A stretch of 64,000 nt of DNA, taken from Macrostomum lignano. Lineage: Eukaryota. Below, one piece after another: positions 1 to 22,652 of this stretch. Every line of letters begins with the position of its first letter. Positions within the stretch are counted from its first letter, which is position 1. Made by a program: the position numbers and the translations under genes. Where the stretch lies: positions 868,001-932,000 of the forward strand of contig NIVC01000089.1 in assembly GCA_002269645.1 (NCBI GenBank). The letters run 5' to 3'. The notes under the pieces were generated by a model that was given only the letters and a program-made list of their open reading frames with translations, was not told the origin of the DNA and did not search any database.

Positions 1-1190
1 ACCTGCCGGGCCGGACTATCGGAATCAGTTTCACAGAGAACACCTGGCCGATGCGGTTGTCCGCTCAGTTCCATTCTGGTTTCTAGCCAGCAGATTGGCG
101 CATTCAATCGAGCAGTTCGTTGTTTATGCCGCCATTGTGGACGCCAGCCAGGGCCTGGTAGGAGCCACGCAGATACCCGTCGAAGCGTTCGACCATCCGG
201 AGCACATTCGCTGCTTTCGAGCCATCCTTTCGATCGAAAACCGCAGTCGACTGCGCACGGTCGATGCGTACGTTGAGTTTGTGCTGATGCTGGACCGCTA
301 TCACCCTTGGATGCCTCGGGGAGAGTACTCGGCCCCTAGCATCAACGGCTTGAAAGTGTCCGATTGGACTCTGGCAGAGTCGCCAGCGTCATCAAAAGCT
401 GTTGGTGTTCGCCTCTACCTGCCGCCCGTCGGCGAGTATCCGAGCCACTTTGCAAGCCATTTTTTGCTGCAGCTAGGCAGCCTGAATCTTACCGGTCTAA
501 GCGACTACCTAGTAGTGAATAATCTGGCCACTAGGTGGGTAGCCGACTTTATTGTTGCCAGTCCAGCCACGGCCTGTCGATACAAGGACCGTTGTGTCAC
601 GTTATTGACGTAGTGACTATGACCCTTAAAAGGGCCGTTTTGACGAGAGTTGTCGTAAGTCGTTGTAGTCCCAAAATGAATCGAAGTCAATTCTTGCAAA
701 GTGGATTGTGTAGCGGAGCACTTGGCGTATAAAGGCAGGAAACTGCCGTAGCTAATTTATTGTCGAGATCAATATTAGAACTGGTTAATGTCAATGCAAA
801 ACTTATAGCGTTCTGGGCACTGGCGGCTGCAACAATGGTTTTGAAGGTAATAAGAATATGAAGTCGAGTGGCAGGCGAAGGATACAATGGCGACGCAACG
901 TGACGAGTGGTGGCGACGAGCACAGTGGAGGCAGTGAGTAGCAAGTAGACAGGCAGATGAGTAGTGGTGAGATTGGCGTTAGCCGTGGCAGTACACAGTG
1001 AAGTAACAGTGTGTAAACAGGCTGGCCCAGACAGAGGAGCCGTGGCGAGAGATAAGGAGGCTCGAGGCAGCCAGGAGAGAGAAGGAAAACAAGAACCAGA
1101 CGCCACGAAGGAACACAAGAGCCGCGAAGTGAGGAGGCCCCCCGCCCGCCGCCAGGCGGGGGTTAATAAAGGAGCGCGGAGGGGTTAGCA
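1..1190 (-). mobile_element. Decayed coding element, copy A of an unidentified family
   Basis: Stop/frameshift-broken minus-strand frames share motifs with 30550-31200 (RVQSDTFK vs SVQSNAFK with mostly third-position changes; YDNSR..PF vs YDDKR...PF; AGLATIKSATHLVAR vs AGAVFNSSSLSHLFFR). CT-rich leader at ~1000-1190. Confidence 0.45.
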
Positions 1191-1589
1191 CGAAACATGA
1201 GTGGAGTTTTCATTGGCTGGTTAAAGAACTTGAAATTATCGATCGTGCAAGTTTTCTACGGTCGCATGAAAGGATTGTAAAGTACGCAGTGATTTAGCGA
1301 TGGACACAGATTCGTTGGGCACTACTACAAGTAAACGTTAAAATAAACGATTGGAGAATTTAAAATGAGAATTTGTAGAGGAAATGCAGTCCAACGGCCC
1401 TTTTGCGGAACCACCTTAAACTGGCAACGTCACAGTTGTCACAGGCGCGCCTACTATGTGAGCAGATCGGAAGCGCTTTGGCCGAGCAGGGACTCGGCAA
1501 TTCCCTTCGTTAAGCAGGGCCTGGCAACTCCATATGACGGCATTCACAGGCCAGCCTGGTCGTTCCTGTCCGACTTAGCCAGCGCGCCC

Positions 1590-2330
1590 GACTTGAGTGA
1601 GTGGGTGACTGACTGACTGACTGACTTGAGTGAGTGGGTGACTGACTGACTGACTGACTTGAGTGAGTGGGTGACTGACTGACTGACTGACTGACTGACT
1701 GACTGACTGACTGACTGACTGACTGACTGACTGACTGACTGACTGACTGACTGACTGACTGACTGACTGACTGACTGACTGACTGACTGACTGACTGACT
1801 GACTGACTGACTGACTGACTGACTGACTGACTGACTGACTGACTGACTGACTGACTGACTGACTGACTGACTGACTGACTGACTGACTGACTGACTGACT
1901 GACTGACTGACTGACTGACTGACTGACTGACTGACTGACTGACTGACTGACTGACTGACTGACTGACTGACTGACTGACTGACTGACTGACTGACTGACT
2001 GACTGACTGACTGACTGACTGACTGACTGACTGACTGACTGACTGACTGACTGACTGACTGACTGACTGACTGACTGACTGACTGACTGACTGACTGACT
2101 GACTGACTGACTGACTGACTGACTGACTGACTGACTGACTGACTGACTGACTGACTGACTGACTGACTGACTGACTGACTGACTGACTGACTGACTGACT
2201 GACTGACTGACTGACTGACTGACTGACTGACTGACTGACTGACTGACTGACTGACTGACTGACTGACTGACTGACTGACTGACTGACTGACTGACTGACT
2301 GACTGACTGACTGACTGACTGACTGACTGA
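1590..2330. repeat. (GACT)n microsatellite, ~165 units, preceded by 3 copies of gacttgagtgagtgggt(gact)n
   Basis: Read directly from the sequence. Confidence 0.97.
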
Positions 2331-2342
2331 CGGACTGACAAG

Positions 2343-2906
2343 TTTGAGTATATTTGCCGCCTCGACGCGCTGTACAGAAGAGCAATGGAGAATAAATACT
2401 GGAAATCCTGCGATGCTCTCATAAATCTCTCATTCTTAGGTGGCGTATCGTCTGACTTCAGAAAAACATATAAGAAGGCGCTTTGCAAATTGCTTAAATG
2501 CAGTGATCGAAAACTTGTTTTCCGCACCGAAAATATTGGTAGCGTGCAGTTAACAGACTTGATCGAGTCGGTGGTTGAACTCGCTCTCTTAAGGCCGTTT
2601 TTTGCCAATTCCGCTACGCTGATCGTGATCAAATTATTTCCTAATACTGAAAAACCAGGTGACACCAGCACATGAGAGCAAGGAAGCAACTGCGATTAAT
2701 GACCCATCTGCTTGGGTGTGAAACTTATAATTGTGACAGCGAACCGATTCAGCTGTTCAAAGTACGTATTACAGTGTAATCGCGGTAGATATGGATGTAA
2801 ACATATGACCATTACCATTAACTTAAGACTCGATATTGAAGCCTCCCTATATAGTAAAATGCAAAAAATCAACTTGATTTTGCAGCTAGTTGCAGCAGTG
2901 GGGTAA
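2343..2906 (+). pseudogene. Coding-like fragment, possibly a TRADD-N-like domain of an invertebrate death-domain/NLR-type gene
   Basis: FRKTYKKALCKLLKCSDRKLVFRTENIGSVQLTDLI followed, after a frame break, by LGVKLIIV resembles the 'L..LL......L.....G[SC]V.LT.LI' pattern I recall from such proteins. Recognised by eye only. Confidence 0.25.
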
Positions 2907-3105
2907 AGCGCGAGCTCAGAGCAACTGTAAGCTGTTCGGCCAGCGGCCCAATTTTTACCCATACGAATGTAACTAAAGGTTTCTTTCTGTAGGTTTTAAT
3001 CTTTACCGGACTGAATCGAATCGGCTTTGAACTTTACACTTACTGTTCTTTATAAAATAAAATAAATATATATATTGATTGTTTTGCTAACTTAAATTCA
3101 TTTGG

Positions 3106-3143
3106 GCCCCGATGACGTTTGTGTGACGACGAAACGCGTTGGC
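3106..3143 (+). ncRNA. Degenerate minimal type I hammerhead ribozyme motif (Penelope-like element pLTR type)
   Basis: gcc-CCGATGA-c-gtt(tgtgtgac)gac-GAAAC-gc-GT-T-ggc: stem I gcc/ggc, core C[U>C]GAUGA, short stem II, GAAA, palindromic stem III acgcgt. Confidence 0.4.
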
Positions 3144-3319
3144 AAAAAAAATTGGCGTTTGTTTTCTTGCTTTTCATGCGTGGAGCAGCATTCAGTTCCT
3201 TATCTATTACCAGGTAACTCTGGTTTTGCGATTGCAACTTGGCTTATTTCTAATTAAAACGAATTTACTCCAATACCAAAATTTATGCGGTTTTTGAAAT
3301 GACACCGGAAAAATACAAA

Positions 3320-3333
3320 GTTGTCATGGGGAC
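3320..3333 (+). promoter_or_regulatory. RFX X-box upstream of the ciliary TTLL3-like gene
   Basis: GTTGTC-AT-GGGGAC fits RYYNYY-WW-RRNRAC, about 930 bp upstream of ATG 4265. Confidence 0.45.
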
Positions 3334-4264
3334 GTAACGATGAAAACTAGCGCAAATTTAACTAGCGAAAAAGAAAATCTTAATAAATGTAAAACCAGGG
3401 AGTTACGAGCCTAGAATATAACTCTTGTTTTAGAATAGTATTTTTAGTGTATTGGATTCTTTATTTTTGTAGAAGCTTAAAAAAGAAACCTTTATCCATA
3501 CTTTGTAATTCTTACTGCAGTTTTTCGCTATCTCGTAGACCATTTTCCGCATCTTACGATGTACCATGCCACCCACATAGCCATTGCTGGATGGACGGGA
3601 TCTTATTTCTATCTTTGTGACTATTTTATATATTTATTGTTATGTTGTTTTCATGAGGTTTTCTGTGATTCGGCTCAGAACAGAGGTTTTATTCAATCAA
3701 TGTATTTGTTATAGCAGCTTATATGGTATTTTTGTAGATATTAGAATTTTTGTTCATGTTTAAGTAGACATTTTTGAGATATTTAACTAATTTATACAGA
3801 CAGCTATTTCTCGTGCTAATATAAAATATAACTTTTTAAAAAGCAATGGCTAGTCTTATTGTACCATCAATGATTTTAAATATGAGTACCTTTAGGAGCC
3901 ACTCTAAAATAGATTACTCTTGATCAGTAGTTTGTTATCACAAAAAAATTATTATTTCATGCAAAAAATAAAAATCAATTTAAAGTATATTTGAGAGAAA
4001 AAATATTAACTCTAAGACAAAGTAAAAATGCATAAATTTTTTAATTTACAGTCAACAGTAACTAGTCCATTCTTTCTATTGTTGAATTCATGTGTGAGGC
4101 CAGACGCAAAATACTGCATGCAAGAGAATTAGCGCAGTTCCATTCAGCCTTGCCCCAGTCCCAAGAGAAGCGTCAATCAGGCCAGACACGCTGGCACATA
4201 CCGTGGCTGGAGTTTCTGATGCACTAATTTTTAATAATAAAAGTGCAGCAGCAGCGCCGAGCCA

Positions 4265-14508
<10,244 letters not shown>

Positions 14509-14827
14509 CCTGCGGCGACTCTCAGACCTCCCAGAGCCGCAATTTAGCCACTCAAAATCACAGTTTCGTCCTGTCTAAAAATAAATTTAAGCATTGTTCA
14601 GAAACGTGAGTAGCTCCAAATGTTTGCTGATGAAGATGCTCACAGCTTCTGACGCACTCACCGACTGACTGACTGGCCTGAATCTCTTAAATTTTGTTGT
14701 TGAAGCCTAAATCCTAGCTTTTAGTTCTGTGAACTCAACTTAAATCTTGCTTGCTCAGCATGCTGCGAGTGCAATGCAACTGCAAATGTACTTTTGTCTA
14801 AGATAAGTGCATTCACATGCATATCCC

Positions 14828-15516
14828 ACACTGCCACACTGTCTGCCAAACTGCCACACTGTCTGTCAAACTGTCACACTGTCTGCCAAACTGCCACACT
14901 GTCTGCCAAACTGCCACACTATCTGCCAAACTGCCACACTGTCTACCAAACTGCCACACTGTCTGCCAAACTGCCACACTGTCTGTCAAACTGCCACACT
15001 GTCTGCCAAACTGCCACACTGTCTGTCAAACTGTCACACTTTCTGCCAAACTGCCACACTGTCTACCAAACTGCTACACTGTCTACCAAACTGCCACACT
15101 GTCTGCCAAACTGCCACACTGTCTGCCAAACTGCCACACTGTCTGCCAAACTGCCACATTATCTACCAAACTGCCACACTGTCTGCCAAACTGCCACACT
15201 GTCTGCCAAACTGCCACACTGTCTGCCAAACTGCCACACTGTCTGCCAAACTGCCACACTGTCTGCCAAACTGCCACACTGTCTGCCAAACTGCCACACT
15301 ATCTGCCAAACTGCCACACTGTCTACCAAACTGCCACACTGTCTGCCAAACTGCCACACTGTCTGTCAAACTGCCACACTGTCTGTCAAACTGTCACACT
15401 GTCTGCCAAACTGCCACACTGTCTACCAAACTGCCACACTGTCTGCCAAACTGCCACACTATCTGCCAAACTGCCACACTGTCTGCCAAACTGCCACACT
15501 GTCTGCCAAACTGCCA
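14828..15516. repeat. 20-bp minisatellite ctgccacactgtctgccaaa, ~34 copies
   Basis: Read directly. Confidence 0.97.
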
Positions 15517-16236
15517 ATATCTCCTAAACCCCACTTCTTTCTATGGTAGAAGATAAAAGCTTAGATGAAAGTTCTGAGTTGCATGCACCATCCAGTTTGC
15601 AATCTGAGCTTTATCTATTAATTCTGAATTGTCCCTTTGTACTGACTTTCTTTTAATACTATCCAATTAATTCAATCGATTAATTCTCTCCACAATCTGA
15701 AATTATTCTAACGCCTCACCTGTTGCAGTTGTGTTTTTTTGCAAAAATTCTTATTAGCTGAAACTCAAGCTTAACCGTTTTAGTCGTTTTAGTCGTGGGT
15801 AAAAACCGTTTGTCTGCTACAACAGAACACTTATTTTATTAGTTGTATTTTTTGTAGAATCTATTAACCTTTTATGCTCCTATATAGTTTCTTTTACACA
15901 AATTATTTTCCAGGAAAGCATTGCATCATTCAAAAAGGTGCCAAATAATATGGCGGAAAATGCGTGTTTTAGTTTTTCACTTTAGTCCATTCGAATAAAT
16001 TTCGAGTCCCAACACGGTTGCAGCTCTATTTGGTCACGTGTATTTTAAATATTTCTTCTGACACAAATTTTTCTTGAAATCTCTTTGTTGCCTGTGGGGT
16101 CGTAATTAAATATTTGTTTTAAAACGAAATCGAAATTTTCAAACTATATATTGAAAATCAGAAAAGCCGTATCGCCTCGAACCGCTGCCGGAGGCTTCGA
16201 GAAGGACTAGGAAAGACAAAAATTCACAAGAAAAAG

Positions 16237-16293
16237 TGACTCATTGTCACTGACGTCAAGTCGATGAATGACGTCATCGACTTGGATGACTCA
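16237..16293. promoter_or_regulatory. Cluster of bZIP sites (AP-1, CRE, CRE, AP-1) overlapping an 11-bp inverted repeat
   Basis: TGACTCA 16237 and 16287; TGACGTCA 16251 and 16269; caagtcgatga/tcatcgacttg hairpin 16257-16284. Confidence 0.4.
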
Positions 16294-16823
16294 TCATTAA
16301 AAAAGGACTTACCTCAGTCTACAGAGACCATGTAATGCTACTTTAAATAGAAATGTCACAGCTCGCAGTATTGGGTTCTAATTAATAAAGTGCCAATTTA
16401 TTTAAACGCATCTATTATTTAAACGCAAATATTGGCTTCTGCATGTACAGCTATTCTTGCAGTAAAATAAATTCAATAAATTTATGCCTACGCTAAATGT
16501 TGAAAATGTAATCTGTGTGTACAAATGCCAGGCCAGATGCAGTCTGACCCTCTTGTCTGCCGCGGCTTTTCTTTGGAAATTTCAAATTGTTTTGCCTTTC
16601 TTCTCAATGATCAATTCAAAATACGGTACATTTTACAAAGTTTATTTATTATTGCTTTTGGCTTAAAGTATTCTCACCAATGTTTAATTTGCAGTGTACA
16701 TTTATTAATCATATCCGTTCAGTGCTACTTATTGTCATGTACTTTTATCGGCAAATATTAGTAGTAAGGTAAGCATTTTTTTGCAACGAATATTTACTTA
16801 TTCTTTTCTTACAACTTTTCCAG

Positions 16824-17068
16824 CCACCAGCTACATTCCCGGTCGTCCACTCGGTGGCTTCCAGCAGCACCATCACCGTCACCATCATCATCATCATCAG
16901 CAGCAGCAGCAGCAGGTTTCAATTGTTGAGGCCTACCCGCCGGCACCTCCACCGCCGCCGCCGCCGATCCGATCTTTGGGCGGGCGGCCGAGCTCGCACT
17001 CTCGTCTCATCATGCCAGCTGCCCAGCAGGTGAACATTTCGCACCGATATTCGCATAGAAATGCCTGA
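16824..17068 (+). CDS. His/Gln/Pro-rich exon, probable alternative terminal exon of the TTLL3-like gene
   Basis: Pyrimidine-rich acceptor (ttcttttcttacaacttttccag) at 16823, phase 1 like the donor at 13930. Reads TSYIPGRPLGGFQQHHH...PPPPPPP...; stop at 17066-17068; AATAAA at 17073. A possible internal donor at 17030 means it could instead continue or belong to another gene. Confidence 0.5.
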
Positions 17069-18446
17069 TGCTAATAAATTTTTTATTGCCTTTAAAAAGT
17101 TTGAGCTTGCCTATTTCTAATTTAAAGTTGTCAACATTCTACTTCACTTAAAGAAAGTACTTACTACTTGCTAATATCAGTAAATCAGTAGTGTCCAACT
17201 AATTTTATTTTAGATTTTGTTGGCTTTATACAAGTTCTAAAGATTAACATTCAAAAGTCTAAACTCTCAATATAAATTTTGTGCCTTATAATATAATACG
17301 AGCGTATGAAAGTTTTTCCTTATTTGTTGGAAAATTTCTCAAAATTTTGAGAAAAAGAATCTTGAGCAAAATTTTCTCAAAAGATTTTTTTATATAAATA
17401 AGAGTTTTCATTTTTATATGTATAGATTTATATGCACGCAGCTTTCGGATTTTCTTCTTGTTGGTTGATGTCGGTTTGTTTGTTTTAACGATGTACTAAG
17501 TTTTTATATTACCAAAGTCGTTTGTTTATATAGATGACATGTCGATAGTATGTCTACAAGTATGCCTGTCTGTCTTTATAATTTCTTCAAGCTTTATTTA
17601 AAAAACTTTGCCGCGCTTTCTCTGCCTGTGAGATGTAAATTATGACGACCGAGGCTAATAATCTATTGAGATGCCATGCCAAGCCAAGCCATACCAAGTG
17701 CTGCTCAACATTTCATTTCATTTCTAGTTGGATTTTGCCTTGAAGAAAAAATCTGCTAATTCTTCTATTTTAAAATAAAATACTTTTAATTTAATGCAAA
17801 GCATACTACAGATACCTTGGAATTCTTAACGTATTTCTGGATTTAATGTATAAATTATAAACATCTGTACAAAATGAGCTAATTAAAATAGATTTTTTTG
17901 TTTAGAGCCATCTACGAGCTATATTTTTTTCTACAGATTCTCTACAGTTAGTTAGCTATTTCTTTTGAATTTTAAAAATAATTTCTTTTTTGTTAAACTG
18001 ATTGGCTTGCTATTTTCGATTATTAAGTTAATCGTTACTGTAATTAATATTTTTCCGTCCATGACTTTCTAGATAGTACTTGACTTGATGTTGATACTCA
18101 TGTGTCTGACTTTAATTGAATTATAATAGAACCCGATGCAAGATATTTTATTTGTTTGAATTTAAAACAGATTACGTGAATAGTTGAATTTGAAAGTTGA
18201 TAACAGCTAGATTTCTGTAAATTTTATTTCTATAAAAACCACCAGTCATCTCGTAGGATGAGAACTTTGGGATTTATTTAAAAGAGAGCCAGCCAAATAT
18301 GAATCAATCACTCTGGCTCACAGGAGTTGGCGGTCCGCTGCCCTGGGTTGCCCTGAGTCCATTCACTGAGTTGCTAATCAATCACGTGCTCCAAGCGCTT
18401 AGGGGCGTCCCGTTCCTACATTCTGTACATTTATTACACTTACTGT

Positions 18447-18968
<522 letters not shown>

Positions 18969-19747
18969 TGTAACTATTCTTCTATCTTCCCAACTTATAA
19001 TGAATCACTACTTCAGATGGGGAAGTTCCAACTTTGCAAAAGCCCAGTCTTACACAAAGCAAATCTTCATAGTCGTGGTTTCCAGATCCTATGCGGAAGT
19101 TGTGTCATTAATTACATTAATTATGCAGCAATATTAATGAGCTCGGGCCACACAAGCAGCTTCTAAAATAAGCAGCGGGGACATTGAGAATATGGGCAGG
19201 CAGCAAAAGCAATTCCTGCCGAATCGCAATCAGTCCGCTAGCGCCAGTGACAGCTGGGCGATCCATCAGGACAGACTGCGACAGTGGGGCAGCAGTCAGT
19301 GCAAAAATAGCCAATGGGTTGGCTGTGCAGTGAGCCGTGAGGCAGCGGCACTATTCTATTCATTCACGCCACGGCTGCAAGTTTGACTTCTCTAAGCTAC
19401 TTTTAATAATCTTATTTCTCCATATGCTTGTCATTAGTGTTAGGGTTTCTATGCGACACAATTTGGGGTAGGTATTTGAGCCGAAGAGAAAGATAGATAT
19501 TAAGCAGCTCAATATTTGGTTGATAAGGACTTAATCCTGGTGCACAGAAAATATACATGAATAAGCAATATTCATTGAGCCTATATAGTACATCGAATGT
19601 TTTATTAATGAAACTTTTGGTGCAAGGTGGACGTTGTACGGCCAAAGAGACACCGACAGAAACTTAAAACAGACAGAAAGCAGTCACGAAAATATTAGAA
19701 TAGATAGAGTTTAATAGTACAGTGCAAATACAGTCACAGGGAAATAC

Positions 19748-21005
19748 AAAGTCAGAAAGACACACACAGAGTCAGACAGACACACACAGAGTCAGACAGA
19801 CACACACAGAGTCAGAAAGACACACACAGAATCAGAAAGACACACACAGAGTCAGAAAGACACACACAGAGTCAGAAAGACACACACAGAGTCAGAAAGA
19901 CACACACAGAGTCAGAAAGACACACACATAGTCAGAAAGACACACACAGAGTCAGAAAGACACACACAGAGTCAGAAAGACACACACATAGTCAGAAAGA
20001 CACACACAGAGTCATAAAGACACATACAGAGTCGGAAAGATACACACAGAGTCATAAAGACACACACAGAGTCAGACAGACGCACACAGAGTCAGACAGA
20101 CACACACAGAGTCAGAAAGACACACACAGAGTCAGAAAGACACACACAGAGTCAGAAAGACACACACAGAGTCAGAAAGACACACACAGAGTCAGAAAGA
20201 CACACACAGAGTCAGAAAGACACACACAGAGTCAGAAAGACGCACACATAGTCAGAAAGACACACACAGAGTCAGAAAGACACACACAGAGTCAGAAAGA
20301 CACACACATAGTCAGAAAGACACACACAGAGTCATAAAGACACATACAGAGTCGGAAAGATACACACAGAGTCATAAAGACACACACAGAGTCAGACAGA
20401 CGCACACAGAGTCAGACAGACACACACAGAGTCAGAAAGACACACACAGAGTCAGAAAGACACACACAGAGTCAGAAAGACACACACAGAGTCAGACAGA
20501 CACACACAGAGTCAGACAGACACACACAGAGTCAGACAGACACACACAGAGTCAGAAAGACACACACAGAGTCAGAAAGACACACACAAAGAGTCAGAAA
20601 GACGCACACAGAGTCAGAAAGACGCACACAGGGGCAGAAAGACACACACAGAGTCAGAAAGACACACACAGAGTCAGACAGACACACACAGAGTCAGACA
20701 GACACACACAGAGTCAGACAGACACACACAGAGTCAGAAAGACACACACAGAGTCAGAAAGACACACACAAAGAGTCAGAAAGACGCACACAGAGTCAGA
20801 AAGACGCACACAGGGGCAGAAAGACACACACAGAGTCAGAAAGACACACACAAAGAGTCAGAAAGACGCACACAGAGTCAGAAAGATACACACAGAGTCA
20901 GAAAGACACACACAGAGTCAGAAAGACACACACAGAGTCAGAAAGACACACACACAGAGTCAGAAAGACACACACAGAGTCAGAAAGACACACACAGATT
21001 CAAAA
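19748..21005. repeat. 20-bp minisatellite gagtcagaaagacacacaca, ~60 copies
   Basis: Read directly. Confidence 0.97.
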
Positions 21006-21184
21006 AGACACACACAGGGGCAGTAAGTCATACGCAGAAAGACACATACAGAGTCAAAGAGACAGACAGACACATAAAAAGGCACAGACAGAAGCAGAAA
21101 CGGGCACAGAAACACAAAAAGAGACGCGCTGTATGTTCTTGGAGACAGACACACACGGAGGCGCACAGGAAATAAATGCCGTTG

Positions 21185-21219
21185 ATTGGTTGCTAGGACA
21201 GGATTTCCTATCTGATTGG
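21185..21219. promoter_or_regulatory. Two reverse CCAAT boxes plus an RFX-like half site upstream of the EF-hand gene
   Basis: ATTGG at 21185 and 21215 (30 bp apart), GTTGCTAGG at 21189; about 200 bp upstream of the ATG. Confidence 0.4.
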
Positions 21220-21418
21220 CTACAGCGAGACTGGTTATACTAGCTAGGACTATATGAAGCTGGGCTGTTTGAGGGCAGCTGCATCTGGAATATTTGGCTA
21301 CTTTGACAGGAATCTGGAATCACTTTCGGTCAAGTAGCTGCAGCAACCAGCCAAGCAAGCTTGATCGAAACAAACCCAAGAAGCGTCACCAATCCACCTG
21401 CAGTTAAGCGTCTCCACA

Positions 21419-21892
21419 ATGGCGAATCGCGCCGCGCCCAACGAGCTGGACGCGGAGACCATCGGCTTCCTGATGGAGGCGAGTCGGCTGAGCGCTGACG
21501 AGCTGCGACTCCGCTACGCCGAGTTCAAGGAGATGCAGCCGGAGGGCCGCACCTCGGACTTCATGGCGTTCATCGCCCGTGGCCAGAGCTCCAATGCAAG
21601 GCTGCGCAAACAGGCGCAGCAGTTCTTTGACCTGTTCGACAGCAACCACGACCGGAGCATCTCCAAGGACGAAGTGCTCTGCGTGATGCACACCGTCTTC
21701 CAGACGGCTCGCGACCGAGGAGTTCAGCTCAACAAGAGCCCGGAGGCCGTCTGCGACGAGTTCTTCAAGAAACTGGACGCTGACGGTAACAGCGAGATCT
21801 CCGAGGACGAATTTGTTCAAGGCGTCCTGACCGACCCGGACCTGCTTAAAATTCTGCAGAACCCGGAGGTGATGAACACTCTGATGGGCTAG
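21419..21892 (+). CDS. Neuronal calcium sensor (recoverin/frequenin/hippocalcin)-like EF-hand protein, 157 aa, intronless CDS
   Basis: Two EF-hand loops, DSNHDRSISKDE and DADGNSEISEDE. C-terminal SPEAVCDEFFKKLD...EFVQGVLTDPDLLKIL matches NCS-1 TPEKRVDRIFAMMD...EFQEGSKADPSIVQAL. GC3-rich codon usage like the other exons. Confidence 0.88.
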   Translation: MANRAAPNELDAETIGFLMEASRLSADELRLRYAEFKEMQPEGRTSDFMAFIARGQSSNARLRKQAQQFFDLFDSNHDRSISKDEVLCVMHTVFQTARDRGVQLNKSPEAVCDEFFKKLDADGNSEISEDEFVQGVLTDPDLLKILQNPEVMNTLMG

Positions 21893-22032
21893 GGGCTCCG
21901 GCTACGTGGCTAGGGCATCCCTGTGCAACCCACGCTATAGGAACTGCAAGCATTTCTACTGCGCTTACTCTTCGGTTAGATTTTCTCGGACAGGTAACTA
22001 CCTGAGGCTGAGGGCAGGGTCTCCGAAGAGGG

Positions 22033-22652
22033 CATGACTTCTCTGAAAGAGCACACCATGACTTCTCTGAAAGAGCACACCATGACTTCTCTGAAAGAGC
22101 ACACCATGACTTCTCTGAAAGAGCACACCATGACTTCTCTGAAAGAGCACACCATGACTTCTCTGAAAGAGCACACCATGACTTCTCTGAAAGAGCACAC
22201 CATGACTTCTCTGAAAGATCATGGCATGAATTTTCTGAAAGATCATGGCATGACTTCTCTGAAAGAGCACACCATGACTTCTCCTGAGAGAGCACACCAT
22301 GACTTCTCTGAAAGATCATGGCATGACTCCTCTGAAAGAGCACACCATGACTTCTCTGAAAGAGCACACCATGACTTCTCTGAAAGAGCACACCATGACT
22401 TCTCTGAAAGAGCACACCATGACTTCTCTGAAAGAGCACACCATGACTTCTCTGAAAGATCATGGCATGACTTCTCTGAAAGAGCACACCATGACTTCTC
22501 CTGAGAGAGCACACCATGACTTCTCTGAAAGATCATGGCATGACTCCTCTGAAAGAGCACACCATGACTTCTCTGAAAGAGCACACCATGACTTCTCTGA
22601 AAGATCATGGCATGACTCCTCTGAAAAAGCATGGCATGACTTTTCTGAGAGC
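22033..22652. repeat. 24-bp minisatellite catgacttctctgaaagagcacac, ~25 copies
   Basis: Read directly; starts ~140 bp after the EF-hand stop codon. Confidence 0.96.

Noticed and set aside
95-613. 172-aa plus-strand ORF as a real gene
   Set aside because: No recognisable family; conservation with copy C favours the minus strand as the ancestral coding strand.
19170-19386. Possible further exon downstream of 17029
   Set aside because: GC-richer patch, but no convincing phase-matched acceptor and no homology.
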